A stretch of 64,000 nt of DNA from Nostoc sp. (GCF_036917155.1 NZ_JBALDZ010000150.1:12699-76698); one strand, 5' to 3'. Shown: positions 10,844 to 22,476, counted from the stretch's first letter. Notes: generated by a model from the sequence alone, not told the origin. Made by a program: numbers and translations.

Positions 10844-11425
10844 ATGGTCTCTACACCAGTAACAAAGCTCACATTTGAAGAGTACTTAACTTATGATGAT
10901 GGCAGTGGTTTTCACTATGAGCTAGTAGATGGCAGGCTGGAATTAATGAATCCCCCTACAATTCAACATTTTTTGATTGTCGCTTTTTTAGATACCGCAC
11001 TCATAGCGGAAATTCAGCGCTTGAGTTTACCTTGGTTAACTTTTCGGGAAACTGGGACGAGGACGGGGAAAAATAAGTCTAGGTTAACTGACTTGTCTGT
11101 GGTGACGCATCAGCAAGCAAGAGAATTGATCAATGTATCAGCAGTCTTTGAATCACCACCATTATTAATTGTAGAGGTAGTCAGTCCAGATTCTATCAAT
11201 CGGGACTATCGTTATAAGCGGTCTGAATATGCGGCGGTTGAAGTGCCAGAATATTGGATTGTAGACCCACTAAAAGAAAAGATTTCTGTGTTGTGGTTGG
11301 AAGAAGGATTTTACGAAGAGACGGTGTTTACTGGCGACCAGCAAATTGTATCGCGGACTTTTCCCGAATTAGCGATCGCAGTTGATCAGATATTCACAGC
11401 CGGAAATCTGAATCAGGGGAGTTAG
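10844..11425 (+). CDS. Uma2 family (DUF820) endonuclease-fold protein
   Basis: LTFEEYL, YELVDG, LIVEVVSP and KRSEYAAVEVPEYWIVDP motifs. Confidence 0.92.
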   Translation: MVSTPVTKLTFEEYLTYDDGSGFHYELVDGRLELMNPPTIQHFLIVAFLDTALIAEIQRLSLPWLTFRETGTRTGKNKSRLTDLSVVTHQQARELINVSAVFESPPLLIVEVVSPDSINRDYRYKRSEYAAVEVPEYWIVDPLKEKISVLWLEEGFYEETVFTGDQQIVSRTFPELAIAVDQIFTAGNLNQGS

Positions 11426-11497
11426 AAGTTAATAGTTAGGAGTTAGTAATTATTCTCCCTCATCCCCCTTATCTCCCCCTGCTTCCCCTGCCCTCTC

Positions 11498-12604
11498 TTA
11501 TGCAGCTTGCGGCTCAAGCAGATTTTCTATGCCCTGAACCACTTTTGCTGATTCGATTTTGTCACCAGCTTTCAGTTTATCCAAAACTTCTTTACCTTCG
11601 GTGAGATAGCCAAAAACGGCATAGCGACCATCTAACAGGTTGCGTCCGGCGGGGGTGAGTTCTGGTTCAAACAAAAAGAAGAAGAATTGTGATGAACCAC
11701 CATTTACCTCACTTTCAGGACGAGCCATCACTACTGCACCAAAGGCAGAAAAAGGTAGAACTGGCATATCAACGTAACGACCAGCTTCTTCTAAAGTAAT
11801 ACCATAAGTAGGTGCTTTATCTCCTTGAACTAAGACTTCTAAGGGAATAGCGCGATATTTGCCCGTTTTTGGGTCAATGAAACCCACATCTTTACCTGCT
11901 GGATCTCCAGTTTGGAGAAAGTAAGATTCTTCAGAACGGGTAAATTCTAAGCCATTATAAAAACCCCTCTGTACCAAATCTACAAAATTACCAGCAGTCA
12001 CAGGAGCGCTGTAACCATCCACGACAAGGGCCAAATCGCCTTTGTTGGTTTTAATTTCTACAGTGGCATGACCTTTAAGCTGCGGCAGGTTACTATATTC
12101 AGCAGGCACTTCAAAGGGGAATTGTTTCACCATTGATTCTTCTAGCTGAGTCACGAGATTCAAAAGTTTGCTTCTCTCTTGCAATATTTGTTCTTTATCT
12201 TTGCTGTTCGCCAATTCTTGTAATTTACCCACCCCAGATTTCAACTCGGTAATCCAAGCTTCGGCTTGGGGTTGGCGTTCTGAGGGAACGCTTGTTAAGA
12301 TTTGGGAAGGTTTATCGAGAATGCGGGATGCTTGGCTGATGTCTTTGGAAATAGCACCCCAACGCCGATTCGCTCGCAGTTGGGCAGAGATGTCCTCTAA
12401 ACTGCCCTGTAGTTGCCGCACAGGTTTGTTATCTATCGGGAGTGCATACCGCAACAAAGCCTTTCCGTCGGTAATTGCATTGCCGGCTGGCAGTGCGGCG
12501 CTACTGGAGGGAGTCCACCCAGCTGTAGTTATGCCTAAAAATATTGTTATCAGCAGTATTGCCATTAGGCTGTTCTTCAGCCAGGATTTTAATAAGTTAA
12601 GCAT
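11498..12604 (-). CDS. Cyclophilin-type peptidyl-prolyl isomerase (TLP40/CYP38-like, lumenal)
   Basis: Signal peptide, ALLRYALPI, DGYSAPVTAGNFVDLV and LDGRYAVFGY motifs. Confidence 0.9.
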   Translation of the reverse strand: MLNLLKSWLKNSLMAILLITIFLGITTAGWTPSSSAALPAGNAITDGKALLRYALPIDNKPVRQLQGSLEDISAQLRANRRWGAISKDISQASRILDKPSQILTSVPSERQPQAEAWITELKSGVGKLQELANSKDKEQILQERSKLLNLVTQLEESMVKQFPFEVPAEYSNLPQLKGHATVEIKTNKGDLALVVDGYSAPVTAGNFVDLVQRGFYNGLEFTRSEESYFLQTGDPAGKDVGFIDPKTGKYRAIPLEVLVQGDKAPTYGITLEEAGRYVDMPVLPFSAFGAVVMARPESEVNGGSSQFFFFLFEPELTPAGRNLLDGRYAVFGYLTEGKEVLDKLKAGDKIESAKVVQGIENLLEPQAA

Positions 12605-12807
12605 GGGATAACTCAAATGCAGCAGTGAATTGTTGACTGGACGTAACCCATCAATAATCTTCCCACGTTAGGTGATGAGTGGAGCAGAGGTCTAGGGCAG
12701 AGGATAAATAACTAATGACAAATGACAACTAACTAATGACAAATGCCCAATGACGACCCTAGAAGGGTACAATAAATGCCGATTGTCTTCCAAAATTTGA
12801 AAGTTTC

Positions 12808-13365
12808 ATGATCTCCAGTAACGACTTTCGACCCGGTGTTTCAATTGTATTGGATGGGTCTGTATGGCGAGTGCTTGAATTCCTACACGTCAAGCCAGGC
12901 AAAGGTTCCGCCTTTGTACGAACTAAGCTAAAAAATGTCCAGAGTGGGAGCGTGATGGAAAAAACGTTCCGCGCCGGGGAAACAGTGCCGCAAGCCACTC
13001 TAGAAAAAAGCACGATGCAGCATACCTATAAAGAAGGCGATGAGTTTGTCTTTATGGATATGGAAACTTATGAAGAAGGCAGATTGACTCGCGAACAAAT
13101 TGGCGATCGCGTCAAGTACCTCAAGGAAGGTATGGAAGCCGAAGTTATTCGGTGGGGCGAACAGGTGCTAGGAGTAGAATTGCCTAAGTCTGTGGTTCTG
13201 GAAATTGTCCAGACAGATCCAGGTTTAAAAGGTGACACCGCCACAGGTGGCTCAAAACCAGCAACTCTGGAAACTGGTGCAGTTGTGATGGTTCCTTTGT
13301 TTATTTCCCAAGGAGAACGCATCAAAGTTGATACCCAGGAAGATAAATATATCAGCAGGGAATAA
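12808..13365 (+). CDS. efp: Elongation factor P
   Basis: [15 protein letters not shown] and KGDTATGG motifs. Confidence 0.98.
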   Translation: MISSNDFRPGVSIVLDGSVWRVLEFLHVKPGKGSAFVRTKLKNVQSGSVMEKTFRAGETVPQATLEKSTMQHTYKEGDEFVFMDMETYEEGRLTREQIGDRVKYLKEGMEAEVIRWGEQVLGVELPKSVVLEIVQTDPGLKGDTATGGSKPATLETGAVVMVPLFISQGERIKVDTQEDKYISRE

Positions 13366-13473
13366 CTTTCATCTCTACGGAGATGCAAGTCCCGATTTAA
13401 ATCCCTACATAGGGATTAATCCCCTGCCACACTTAAAATGCTAATTTACGGATAGGTCGAGGTAATAAAAACT

Positions 13474-14031
13474 GTGCCATTGGACTTTAATGAAATCCGC
13501 CAACTTCTGGCAACTATCGCACAAACAGATATTGCAGAAGTCACGCTCAAAAGCGATGATTTTGAGCTAACAGTCCGTAAGGCTGTGAGCATCAGCAATC
13601 AGATGTTGTCGGTAGGTCAAGGGACTTTAGGCGGTGTGGTAGGTTCAGGCTTGACATCAGGTTCATCTGGGGGAAACCAGGTGAACACAAGTCAGGTAAC
13701 GGAGGTATCCTCATCTCGCGTGTTTGAGAATACTGGTACTAGCACACAATTGCAGTTGTCAGTAAGTCCTCCCTCAATCATTGACCAGAGATTAGTAGAA
13801 GTGCCTTCCCCAATGGTAGGAACGTTTTATCGCGCTCCTGCGCCTGGGGAAGCGGCATTTGTGGAAGTGGGCGATCGCGTCCGCAAGGGTCAAACAGTCT
13901 GTATCATTGAAGCCATGAAGCTGATGAATGAAATAGAAGCCGAAGTCTCTGGGCAGGTGATGGAAATTCTCCTACATAATGGCGACGCTGTAGAATATGG
14001 TCAACCTTTGATGCGAATTAACCCTGATTAA
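13474..14031 (+). CDS. accB: Acetyl-CoA carboxylase biotin carboxyl carrier protein
   Basis: SPMVGTFYRAP and EAMKLMN motifs; GTG start. Confidence 0.97.
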   Translation: MPLDFNEIRQLLATIAQTDIAEVTLKSDDFELTVRKAVSISNQMLSVGQGTLGGVVGSGLTSGSSGGNQVNTSQVTEVSSSRVFENTGTSTQLQLSVSPPSIIDQRLVEVPSPMVGTFYRAPAPGEAAFVEVGDRVRKGQTVCIIEAMKLMNEIEAEVSGQVMEILLHNGDAVEYGQPLMRINPD

Positions 14032-14093
14032 GTATTAATGTATATATGATGTGAGTCATTGTTAAAATTTTCTTTCCTTGCGGGTTAACCCTG

Positions 14094-14441
14094 ATGAAAC
14101 AAACGTTGCCTTTACCACCAGAAGTGGTGCAACAAGTAGCTGAATACTTCAGCCTGTTAAGTGAGCCAATGCGCCTACGGCTGCTACACTTATTACGGGA
14201 TGAAGAAAAATGCGTGCAAGAGTTGGTAGAGGCAACACAGACTTCTCAGGCAAATGTGTCAAAACACCTGAAGGTAATGTGGCAAGCAGGTATCCTTAGC
14301 CGCCGCAGTGAAGGAACTTGCGCCTATTACCGAGTGGAAGATCAAATGATTTTTGAGTTGTGTAATCGGGTTTGCGATCGCCTCGCTACAAGGTTAGAGC
14401 AGCAAGCCCATAATTTTCGTGTATTAAATAGTAAACGGTAA
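14094..14441 (+). CDS. ArsR/SmtB family transcriptional regulator
   Basis: LSEPMRLRLL...SQANVSKHLKV winged HTH. Confidence 0.9.
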   Translation: MKQTLPLPPEVVQQVAEYFSLLSEPMRLRLLHLLRDEEKCVQELVEATQTSQANVSKHLKVMWQAGILSRRSEGTCAYYRVEDQMIFELCNRVCDRLATRLEQQAHNFRVLNSKR

Positions 14442-14537
14442 GTTTAAGAGAGTTATGAGTTATGAGTTATGAGTTATGAGTTAAAACTCCTCACTCCTGC
14501 ATAGACGCGATTAATCGCGTCTCTACTCCTAACTTTT

Positions 14538-15149
14538 TTAAAGGGGATAATCTTTTTGAAACTGTTCACGAGTTAGCGGTTGTTGTATCTCTACACCCTC
14601 ACCGCCTAAAACATCCAATGGTTTGCCGTTCACGTCAATGTACACCTTGGCTTTGGGATTTAAAGTTGTTGCAGTGTAAACAACTTGTCCCACGCGGCCC
14701 ATCATTGAGGTGCTACCACCGCCGCTGGTAAAATCTTCAGATAAATTAACGTGAACCTCATCCTTTTTCGACTTCAGCCCCAATAGCTTGGTTCCTTTAG
14801 GGATGGTTGTTGAATCTGTCCCTTCTGTTGGGCCTGCTAACAAACTTTGGAAAGCTGCTTCTAAAGCCTGGTTGGGTAGTACAGAAGCTACTTTAACAGG
14901 CTGGGGAACCAAAGCAACATTTTTGTCCTTTGGTCTTAGCCAATAAACGTTAGGCGTTTGCTCATTACCTGGCTGCTTAATTGATGGCTGTGCTGGTTGA
15001 GCTATTTGCCCAGAGACGTTTGATGGTGTGGGAGTATTGCTGGAGTGTGAGGTAAACCAAGCCACACCGCCACCCACCGCTACAACCACTGCTGACACAG
15101 CTGCAATTACGCCTGAAGAAATCCGATTAGATCCTTGTTGGTCTTTCAT
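14538..15149 (-). CDS. GerMN domain protein
   Basis: N-terminal TM helix, LLAGPT, VNLSEDF and QVVYTAT motifs. Confidence 0.85.
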   Translation of the reverse strand: MKDQQGSNRISSGVIAAVSAVVVAVGGGVAWFTSHSSNTPTPSNVSGQIAQPAQPSIKQPGNEQTPNVYWLRPKDKNVALVPQPVKVASVLPNQALEAAFQSLLAGPTEGTDSTTIPKGTKLLGLKSKKDEVHVNLSEDFTSGGGSTSMMGRVGQVVYTATTLNPKAKVYIDVNGKPLDVLGGEGVEIQQPLTREQFQKDYPL

Positions 15150-15457
15150 GTTTAAAACCTTCCTAACTGAGGGCTGATATGGTATTTATGTGAGGAGCAG
15201 CCTGGTTAACGACGATACTTGTAACTGAAGAGTTTCTCACAACTGCGAGGAGGCTTGATGCCTTTAAATACATTAATACTGTAAGTCCCTGATTCAATTT
15301 TAGAATTTTTATTTCTAATCCGTCACCTGCCAAATTATGTAAATCTCATTCTTTCTTGAGATGATTAAATTTACAACGCAGAGGAACGCAGAGGAACGCT
15401 GAGTATTACAAAAGTCCCTCTGCAAACCTCTGCGCTTCCCTTTGCGTACCTTTGCGT

Positions 15458-17272
15458 TTAATCTTTACCCTCTATTGCTTCGGTAATCCACTTATGAAGT
15501 GTAGTTGTAACTTCATCAATGACAATTTCTTGAGATTTACGGGTGGCTCTTTCTACAACTTCAACTTTGCCATTAGTGATCGCACGTCCGGTTACAATTC
15601 TATAAGGTATGCCAATCAAGTCCGCATCTTTAAATTTCACTCCCGCCCGTTCGTCGCGGTCGTCTAGTAGAGTTTCAATTCCTGCTTGATTGAGTTCTGT
15701 GTAGAGTTTTTGGGCGATTTCGATTTGTTGAGCATCCTTAATGTTGGGAATTGTGACGATCACATGGTAGGGTGCGATCGCAACTGGCCAAATAATCCCA
15801 TCTTTATCGTAAGATTGCTCTACGGCAGCTTGTGCTAGTCGTGATACACCGACACCGAAACAACCCATAAATAGCGGCTTTTCTTCACCTTGTTCATTGG
15901 TATAAGTTGCACCCATCGCTTGGGAATATTTAGTGCCTAATTGGAAGATGTGACCGGCTTCGATTCCGCGGGCGCTTGCAAGGGTTTGTTCGGGGTTGTG
16001 GAGGGCGCGATCGCCTGGTCTCGCCTTTCGTATATCTACTACACCGTTTGGTAGTGGAAATTGCTCACCCCAGTTAGCACCAACTACGTGATAACCAGTT
16101 TCATTCGCACCTGTAACAAAGTTTTTTAAATCAACGGCTGTTTGGTCTACCAAGCGCAAAAACTTGGGATGGATCTGTTTCTTGGCGGTAATATACTCAT
16201 CTGCGATGTCTGGCGCAATGTAGCCTAAAGGTAGAGATTTGGCTGTCCATGCTTGCTGCGCTTCTACATTTGGTACATTCAAACTAATAATAGTTTTAGC
16301 ACCATACTCAGGAGCTAGTTTGGTCAATTCATTTTGCAATTTGACTTCATTAACTTCCTGATCGCCTCGGATGCTCACCAGAACTAACACTGTTAAACCA
16401 TTATCATAAACTGTTTGATAAAGGACATTTTTAACTAATTGAGTGGGAGAAGAGTTGAGGAATTGACAGACTTTTTCAATGGTTTCTGTTCCAGGTGTAT
16501 CGCGTTTTTCGTAGGTTGTAAACCGTGAGGTTTCGGCGTCAATTGGTAAAGAAACAGCCTTTTCTACGTTAGCGGCGTATTTACCATCCTCAGTGTAGAG
16601 AACTTCGTCTTCGCCAGCTTCCGCCAAAATCATAAATTCTGTGGAACCAGAACCACCAATTGCACCAGAATCAGCCTCTACTGCCCGAAAAGCTAAACCA
16701 GAACGCCGTAGGATATTGCTGTAGGCTTTATACATATCCTGGTAAGTTTCTTTGAGGCTGGCTTCATCGGGATGGAAAGAGTAGCCGTCCTTCATAATAA
16801 ATTCTCGTCCGCGCATTAAACCAAAGCGGGGACGAATTTCATCGCGGAATTTGGTTTGAATTTGGTAGAGATGCAGTGGTAGCTGACGATACGAGCGAAT
16901 CATATCACGAGCGATCGCTGTGATTACTTCTTCATGAGTTGGGCCTAATCCTAATTGTTGCTCGCGGCGATCGATCAGGGAAAACATAATCCCCTCAGCT
17001 TTGGTATAAGTGTCCCAGCGTCCCGATTCCTTCCATAAATCAGCAGGTTGTAATTGCGGTAAGAGACATTCTTGTGCGCCTGTCGCGTTCATTTCTTCCC
17101 GCACAATCTGGGAAACTTTTTGCAGTACCCGCCACATTAAAGGCAAATAAGCATAAATACCGCTACCGATGCGACGAATGTAGCCTGCACGGAGTAATAA
17201 TTTATGGCTGGGAATCTCAGCATCAGCCGGATCATCCCGCAGTGTAACAAATAACATTTGTGAAAGTCGCAT
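15458..17272 (-). CDS. proS: Proline--tRNA ligase
   Basis: [25 protein letters not shown] and [11 protein letters not shown] motifs. Confidence 0.98.
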   Translation of the reverse strand: MRLSQMLFVTLRDDPADAEIPSHKLLLRAGYIRRIGSGIYAYLPLMWRVLQKVSQIVREEMNATGAQECLLPQLQPADLWKESGRWDTYTKAEGIMFSLIDRREQQLGLGPTHEEVITAIARDMIRSYRQLPLHLYQIQTKFRDEIRPRFGLMRGREFIMKDGYSFHPDEASLKETYQDMYKAYSNILRRSGLAFRAVEADSGAIGGSGSTEFMILAEAGEDEVLYTEDGKYAANVEKAVSLPIDAETSRFTTYEKRDTPGTETIEKVCQFLNSSPTQLVKNVLYQTVYDNGLTVLVLVSIRGDQEVNEVKLQNELTKLAPEYGAKTIISLNVPNVEAQQAWTAKSLPLGYIAPDIADEYITAKKQIHPKFLRLVDQTAVDLKNFVTGANETGYHVVGANWGEQFPLPNGVVDIRKARPGDRALHNPEQTLASARGIEAGHIFQLGTKYSQAMGATYTNEQGEEKPLFMGCFGVGVSRLAQAAVEQSYDKDGIIWPVAIAPYHVIVTIPNIKDAQQIEIAQKLYTELNQAGIETLLDDRDERAGVKFKDADLIGIPYRIVTGRAITNGKVEVVERATRKSQEIVIDEVTTTLHKWITEAIEGKD

Positions 17273-17497
17273 CGTTTACTCCCTTTCCAGAATCTCTAAT
17301 TTGTTTATAAACCACCTGGCGATTAGAAATCGCGGCTACACAAACTCAAAGTCTGCCTGCGCTGACTAAGAAGGTATCCTAGCTTTTGAACTTGCGTGGT
17401 GTGCGATCGGCTATCGGGTGAAAATGTATTACCAGGATTTAGCTTGAGTCTATCCTGTTATTAAGATTTGCAAGTGCTGCTAAATCTCCATTATCGA

Positions 17498-17682
17498 GGA
17501 AGGCAGGAGGAAAACTGCCCGACGCTCGTTCGCCCTTGGGAGAAGACTCGCTTTGCGCGTCGCTATCTCTCAAGTACCGCGACCAAACTTTTCTTGGGTT
17601 TAAGACCCCCACTGAATTCTTATTCAGTGGCTTCAATTCATCCGGGGTCGAATCCTATAAGTGAATTGCTCCTCCTGCCTCC
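17498..17682. mobile_element. MITE-like element with AGGCAGGAGG/CCTCCTGCCT ends
   Basis: Inverted ends; a similar end motif occurs at 41430-41750 and 55799-55939; no credible ORF. Confidence 0.55.
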
Positions 17683-17863
17683 TTCAACTGCCCATATTTT
17701 ACATCGCAGCAGAAAATACTCTATAAGTCTGCGTAGGTGTGCTTGATTAGAAGAACCTGCTGAGGCACGTTTTGTCTGTGTGGCTGCGACTTCAATCGTC
17801 AGGGTATCTTACAGCAGCTAAGATAGCTTAAAAGAAATCACGGCATCTTTAGGAGAAACTACC

Positions 17864-19246
17864 TTGGCAGATGTAATTTATCAAGCACAGGCACCCTTAG
17901 AATTTATTCCTCCGGCGTTTAACCCTTTATTGCTACGAGTCGTCAATCTATTGCTACCCAGTTGGATAAACTGGCAAACATCTATTACCCAAATTGAAGC
18001 AGATAACGTAGAAGTTCTGGTGGATCTCTATCGCCAGTTTCAGGAGGGTAAGATCCGTTTTATGTTGGCATTTCGCCATCCGAAAACAGACGATCCACTT
18101 TGTTTAGGTTACTTGCTGTCTCAACTCGTACCAAAGACAGCGCGATCGCAAGGTACAACACTACAACATCCGATTCACGCTCATTTTATCTACGATCGCG
18201 GCATTCCTCTCTGGGCAGGTTCCCACGTTGGCTGGATTGCTTCTCATTTAGGTGGTACTCCGATTCAGCGGGGAAAAGCTGACTGGACGGGGTTACGTTC
18301 GGCGCGTGAGTTGTTCGCCAATGGTAAATTCCCGATGGCAGCTGCCCCAGAAGGTGCTACCAATGGTTTATCAGAGAATATTAGCCCTCTAGAACCTGGT
18401 ATCGCCCAATTAGGCTTCTGGTGTGCTGAAGATTTGCACAAAGCTGGACACGATCAACAAGTTCTGATTGTACCAGTTGGCATTAAATATAGTTACGTTG
18501 ATGCCCCTTGGGATGCGATCGCTAATCTTTTAAGTGAATTGGAAGCAGCTAGTGGTTTACCTGTAAATCCACCAGAACAGGCTTCCGTAGAATCGCTTTA
18601 TCCCCGGTTGTTGACTTTGGCAGAACATTTACTTTTGCTCATGGAAGAATTTTACACCCGGTTTTATCATCAAAAACTGCCAGATCCCAAGATTATCAAT
18701 GGGCAAATTCCCGATAGAAATGAAGCGTTAGCAGTTCGTTTACAAGCTTTGTTAAATGCAGCATTGTTAATATCAGAACAATATTTCGATTTGCAGTCAA
18801 AAGGTAATTTAAGTGACCGCTGTCGGCGAGTAGAACAAGCAGGTTGGAATTATATATTTAGAGAAGAATTTAAGGATGTCAAAGGAGTGTCTGCTGTCGA
18901 AAGAGCTTTAGGCGATCGCGTTGCTGAAGAAGCGAATGCACGGATGTGGCACATGCGTTTAGTAGAAAGTTTTGTAGCTGTTTCTGGTAATTATATTCGC
19001 GAAAATCCAACAGTAGAAAGATTTGCTGAGACGACTTTAATTTTATGGCAAATGATTGCTAAAATCAAAGGGAATAAAGCTGTGCAGCGTCCACAATTGG
19101 GTAAGCAAAAAGTAAAAATAACTATAGGTGAACCTATATCTATTTCGGAACGTTACCCGAAATATCAAGAAAATCGTTTGGCTGCTAGACAAGCTGTTGC
19201 TGATGTGACGAATGATTTACAACAAGCGATGGAAGATTTAATTTGA
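17864..19246 (+). CDS. Phospholipid/glycerol acyltransferase family protein
   Basis: HxxxxD-like FRHPKTDD, PIQRG and APEG motifs; TTG start. Confidence 0.8.
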   Translation: MADVIYQAQAPLEFIPPAFNPLLLRVVNLLLPSWINWQTSITQIEADNVEVLVDLYRQFQEGKIRFMLAFRHPKTDDPLCLGYLLSQLVPKTARSQGTTLQHPIHAHFIYDRGIPLWAGSHVGWIASHLGGTPIQRGKADWTGLRSARELFANGKFPMAAAPEGATNGLSENISPLEPGIAQLGFWCAEDLHKAGHDQQVLIVPVGIKYSYVDAPWDAIANLLSELEAASGLPVNPPEQASVESLYPRLLTLAEHLLLLMEEFYTRFYHQKLPDPKIINGQIPDRNEALAVRLQALLNAALLISEQYFDLQSKGNLSDRCRRVEQAGWNYIFREEFKDVKGVSAVERALGDRVAEEANARMWHMRLVESFVAVSGNYIRENPTVERFAETTLILWQMIAKIKGNKAVQRPQLGKQKVKITIGEPISISERYPKYQENRLAARQAVADVTNDLQQAMEDLI

Positions 19247-19351
19247 GCAGGACGGAAAGGACAATTGCTTTAGACACCTAAAATTATCTTGACAAAAAAA
19301 GATAAATGTGTGTGAAATGTCAAGTAAAAGTCCTTCCTGCTAAATGCCAAA

Positions 19352-19541
19352 GTAATCTTATGCTTGTTTTGCGTCTAAAAACAAAACCAAGTTATCTCAG
19401 CTGTAAAATATAAGTGTAGAGCCAGTAGTAGATTAAACCTCGGCAAAAAAAATCCCTAAAAGTGCGAGGGTAATTTTATGCTTGTTTTGTGTCTAAGAAA
19501 AAACCAAGTTATCCCAGCTATAAAATATGAGGGTGGAGCCA
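19352..19541 (+). repeat. Diverged direct duplication (~72 bp) of the era upstream and start region
   Basis: 19352-19424 matches 19470-19541: GTAAT[C/T]TTATGCTTGTTTTG[C/T]GTCTAA...AAACCAAGTTATC...AAAATAT...GAGCCA. Confidence 0.85.
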
Positions 19542-20501
19542 AAGGTGACTAGTATTGATAATTACACTTTCTCTTTTTCAGGAGAAGTAACAATCCCTCA
19601 AGCTCCTCCTGAATTCAAATCAGGTTTTATCGGCATTGTTGGTCGTCCAAATGTCGGTAAATCTACTCTAATGAATCAATTAGTAGGACAAAAAATTGCC
19701 ATTACCTCACCAGTAGCGCAAACTACACGTAACCGGTTGCGCGGTATATTAACGACACCAGAGGCGCAGTTAATATTTGTAGATACACCAGGAATTCATA
19801 AGCCTCATCATCAATTGGGTGAAGTATTGGTGCAAAATGCCAAAATTGCTATTGAATCAGTAGATGTCGTGCTATTTGTAGTAGATGGAGCGGTGGCTTG
19901 TGGAGCAGGCGATCGCTATATTGCCGAATTGCTCAGTCGCAGCAAAACACCGGTGATTCTGGGTGTGAACAAAACCGACCAACAACCGGACGATTCTCAG
20001 TATCTAGATGATAGTTACGCTCAGATGGCCCAATCTCACGAATGGGAAATCGTGAAATTTTCTGCCAAGACTAGTGCAGGATTACCGCAACTTCAAGAAT
20101 TATTAATTGAACATTTAGAACTTGGGCCATTATATTACCCGCCAGACTTGGTAACTGACCAACCAGAACGCTTTATTATGGGTGAATTGATCCGAGAACA
20201 AATTTTATTATTGACTCGTGAAGAAGTACCCCATTCAGTAGCGATCGCCATTGACCTAGTAGAAGAAACTCCCAGCATTACCCGTGTACTTGCTACCATC
20301 AACGTCGAGCGCGATTCCCAAAAAGGCATACTCATTGGCAAAGGCGGAGCGATGCTCAAAGCAATTGGCAGTGAAGCTCGCGAACAAATTCAAAAGTTAA
20401 TTGCTGGTAAAGTTTACCTAGAATTATTTGTGAAAGTTCAGCCAAAATGGCGACAGTCGCGGCTCAGTTTAGCAGAGTTAGGTTATCGTGTGGAAGAATA
20501 A
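19527..20501 (+). CDS. era: GTPase Era
   Basis: GRPNVGKS, DTPG, NKTD and the KH motif ILIGKGG. Confidence 0.97.
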   Translation: MRVEPKVTSIDNYTFSFSGEVTIPQAPPEFKSGFIGIVGRPNVGKSTLMNQLVGQKIAITSPVAQTTRNRLRGILTTPEAQLIFVDTPGIHKPHHQLGEVLVQNAKIAIESVDVVLFVVDGAVACGAGDRYIAELLSRSKTPVILGVNKTDQQPDDSQYLDDSYAQMAQSHEWEIVKFSAKTSAGLPQLQELLIEHLELGPLYYPPDLVTDQPERFIMGELIREQILLLTREEVPHSVAIAIDLVEETPSITRVLATINVERDSQKGILIGKGGAMLKAIGSEAREQIQKLIAGKVYLELFVKVQPKWRQSRLSLAELGYRVEE

Positions 20502-20713
20502 AAAAGTTAGGAGTTAGGAGTTAGAAATTAAAGAGCTATGAATAACTCCTGACTCCCTGCTTTGTTTATAATTAGTAGGTTTTTCAAATTAGACCAATTT
20601 CTTTAGTTTGAGAACCAATATGATTGCCTGAAACCCCTAAATGCCAGTTGAATAATTGAGAAACTTCTCAATTACTTATTGGAAACCTAAATACCTAACC
20701 TTGAAAGCAAATC

Positions 20714-20806
20714 CAAACTCCAAACTCCAAACTCCAAACTCCTAACTCCTAACTCCTAACTCCTAACTCCTAACTCCTAACTCCTAACTCCTAACTCCTA
20801 ACTCCT
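20714..20806. repeat. STRR array (CCAAACT/CCTAACT)
   Basis: About 13 tandem heptamers just upstream of the response regulator start. Confidence 0.9.
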
Positions 20807-20813
20807 AATAAAA

Positions 20814-21491
20814 ATGTCTTTAGATACTCCCTATCCCTTAAATTTACCTGCCAATGCTCCGCCATTGCGTGTGTTAATTGTTGAAGATGATCCAATGATG
20901 CAATTAGGATTAGAGCAATCGTTAATGGCTCATCCTCAGTTAGAGATTGTTGGACAAGCTGAAGATGGTTATTTGGGAGTTCAAGCTGCACTGCAACTGA
21001 AACCCGATTTGGTGGTTATGGATATTGGATTGCCGCGATTGGATGGCATTGCGGCGACACAGCAAATTAAGGCGGCGCTGCCAGCAACTCATGTAGTGAT
21101 GCTGACATCTCATCAAACGGAGACAGAAATTATTGCGGCACTATCTAGCGGTGCAGATGCCTATTGTATCAAAGGTGCAAGTGTAGAAAGATTGTTAAGT
21201 GCGATCGCCGCCGCCGTTGATGGTGCAGCCTATCTCGATCCCCAAATTGCGCGGCGAGTAATTGATAATCTCAAACCACCTTCACCCACTACCAACACAG
21301 CTAATTTATCTGGACGCGAATTAGAAGTGTTGAAACTCATGGTAGATGGGTTGAGTAACCCAGAGATTGCCGAAAAACTCTATCTCAGTCCCAACACCAT
21401 TAAAACTCATGTCCGAGGGATTATGAATAAATTAGCAGTAGACGATCGCGTGCAAGCAGCAGTCGTTGCATTGCGTTCTGGGTTGGTTTGA
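20814..21491 (+). CDS. NarL/LuxR-family response regulator
   Basis: Receiver domain (VEDD, MDIGLP) plus HTH (LSGRELEVL...SPNTIKTHV). Confidence 0.92.
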   Translation: MSLDTPYPLNLPANAPPLRVLIVEDDPMMQLGLEQSLMAHPQLEIVGQAEDGYLGVQAALQLKPDLVVMDIGLPRLDGIAATQQIKAALPATHVVMLTSHQTETEIIAALSSGADAYCIKGASVERLLSAIAAAVDGAAYLDPQIARRVIDNLKPPSPTTNTANLSGRELEVLKLMVDGLSNPEIAEKLYLSPNTIKTHVRGIMNKLAVDDRVQAAVVALRSGLV

Positions 21492-21597
21492 TTATATATA
21501 AATTAAACTTTACAAGTAGAGGCATACATATAATAGATGTATGCCTCTATGACCGATTAATTCGATTAATTTGTCGCCAAGAATTTGGAAAAATAGT

Positions 21598-21780
21598 CTA
21601 CCTCAACGCATTTTCGTTAAAAGAGTTTGAGAATTGATTAGGGTCTAGATGATCTGGAAATAGTAAAATTTCCTTGCCTTCTAAATTTGCCTTTTGGTGA
21701 AGCAAAATCGCCTTTTCCAAAGAACAATATTTAATTGGAACCCATCTGTCGCTATAAAAGTAGACAGTTACTCGGCTCAT
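21598..21780 (-). CDS. Small hypothetical protein
   Basis: ORF MSRVTVYFY... with protein-like composition; start uncertain (track gives 21852). Confidence 0.4.
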   Translation of the reverse strand: MSRVTVYFYSDRWVPIKYCSLEKAILLHQKANLEGKEILLFPDHLDPNQFSNSFNENALR

Positions 21781-22476
21781 TGCATACTCTTTCAGCGGTA
21801 GTGGAACGTACCAGGACGAGTCCACAATTTGAACTTTACCTGTTGAGTCCATGCTTTGAACCTCAGCTACTAAGTATATTTACTCTCGCTCGTCATTCTT
21901 ATTACTTTCACTCATCCAAGTGAATTATGGTAACTATCATAAGTAATAAGCTAATTTGTCTTTAAGGTAGAAGTTTAGGAGTCAACTAGCTTTTAGTTGA
22001 GATTGAGCCTTAGTCGTTGGTAAGGAATTTTTGGGTAAAGTTTGACGGGTTGTCTTTTGACGCAACTATATTTTATTAATTCATAGCGAATTAACTTTAG
22101 CAAAACTCTGCGTACCTACCCTGCGGGAAGGCGTACCCCTACGGGGATCTTGCTACGCGTAGCGTCTCCAAGAGTTGCGCCTATGCGTTTACCTCTGTGT
22201 TCCTCTGCGTTTAAAAAAGTTACGAACTTATGCAAAGCTGTACTTAGTATGGTATAAACTTCACTGTAATCGCGGTGCGATCGCCTCCAAACTAGTAGTG
22301 ATCGCCTAACCTTTCTACCTTCTACCCCATACCCAATGCCCATAATTTAAAATCCTGCCAAACGATATCAAGGTTTCAAACTCAGGGATGATGAGTAATT
22401 AGCAACTAAATTGACAAAATCACACTATAAAGAGTGATATTAAGCGATAGATAGCGCTTGTAAAGGACTAACGGGC

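Noticed and set aside
10844..11425. Uma2 protein as a restriction or defence system
   Set aside because: It is a solitary member of a highly expanded cyanobacterial family, with no methylase or partner gene
17273..17860. T-box or leader peptide upstream of proS; short ORFs 17439-17636 and 17468-17746
   Set aside because: No T-box motif was seen, and the ORFs run through repeat elements
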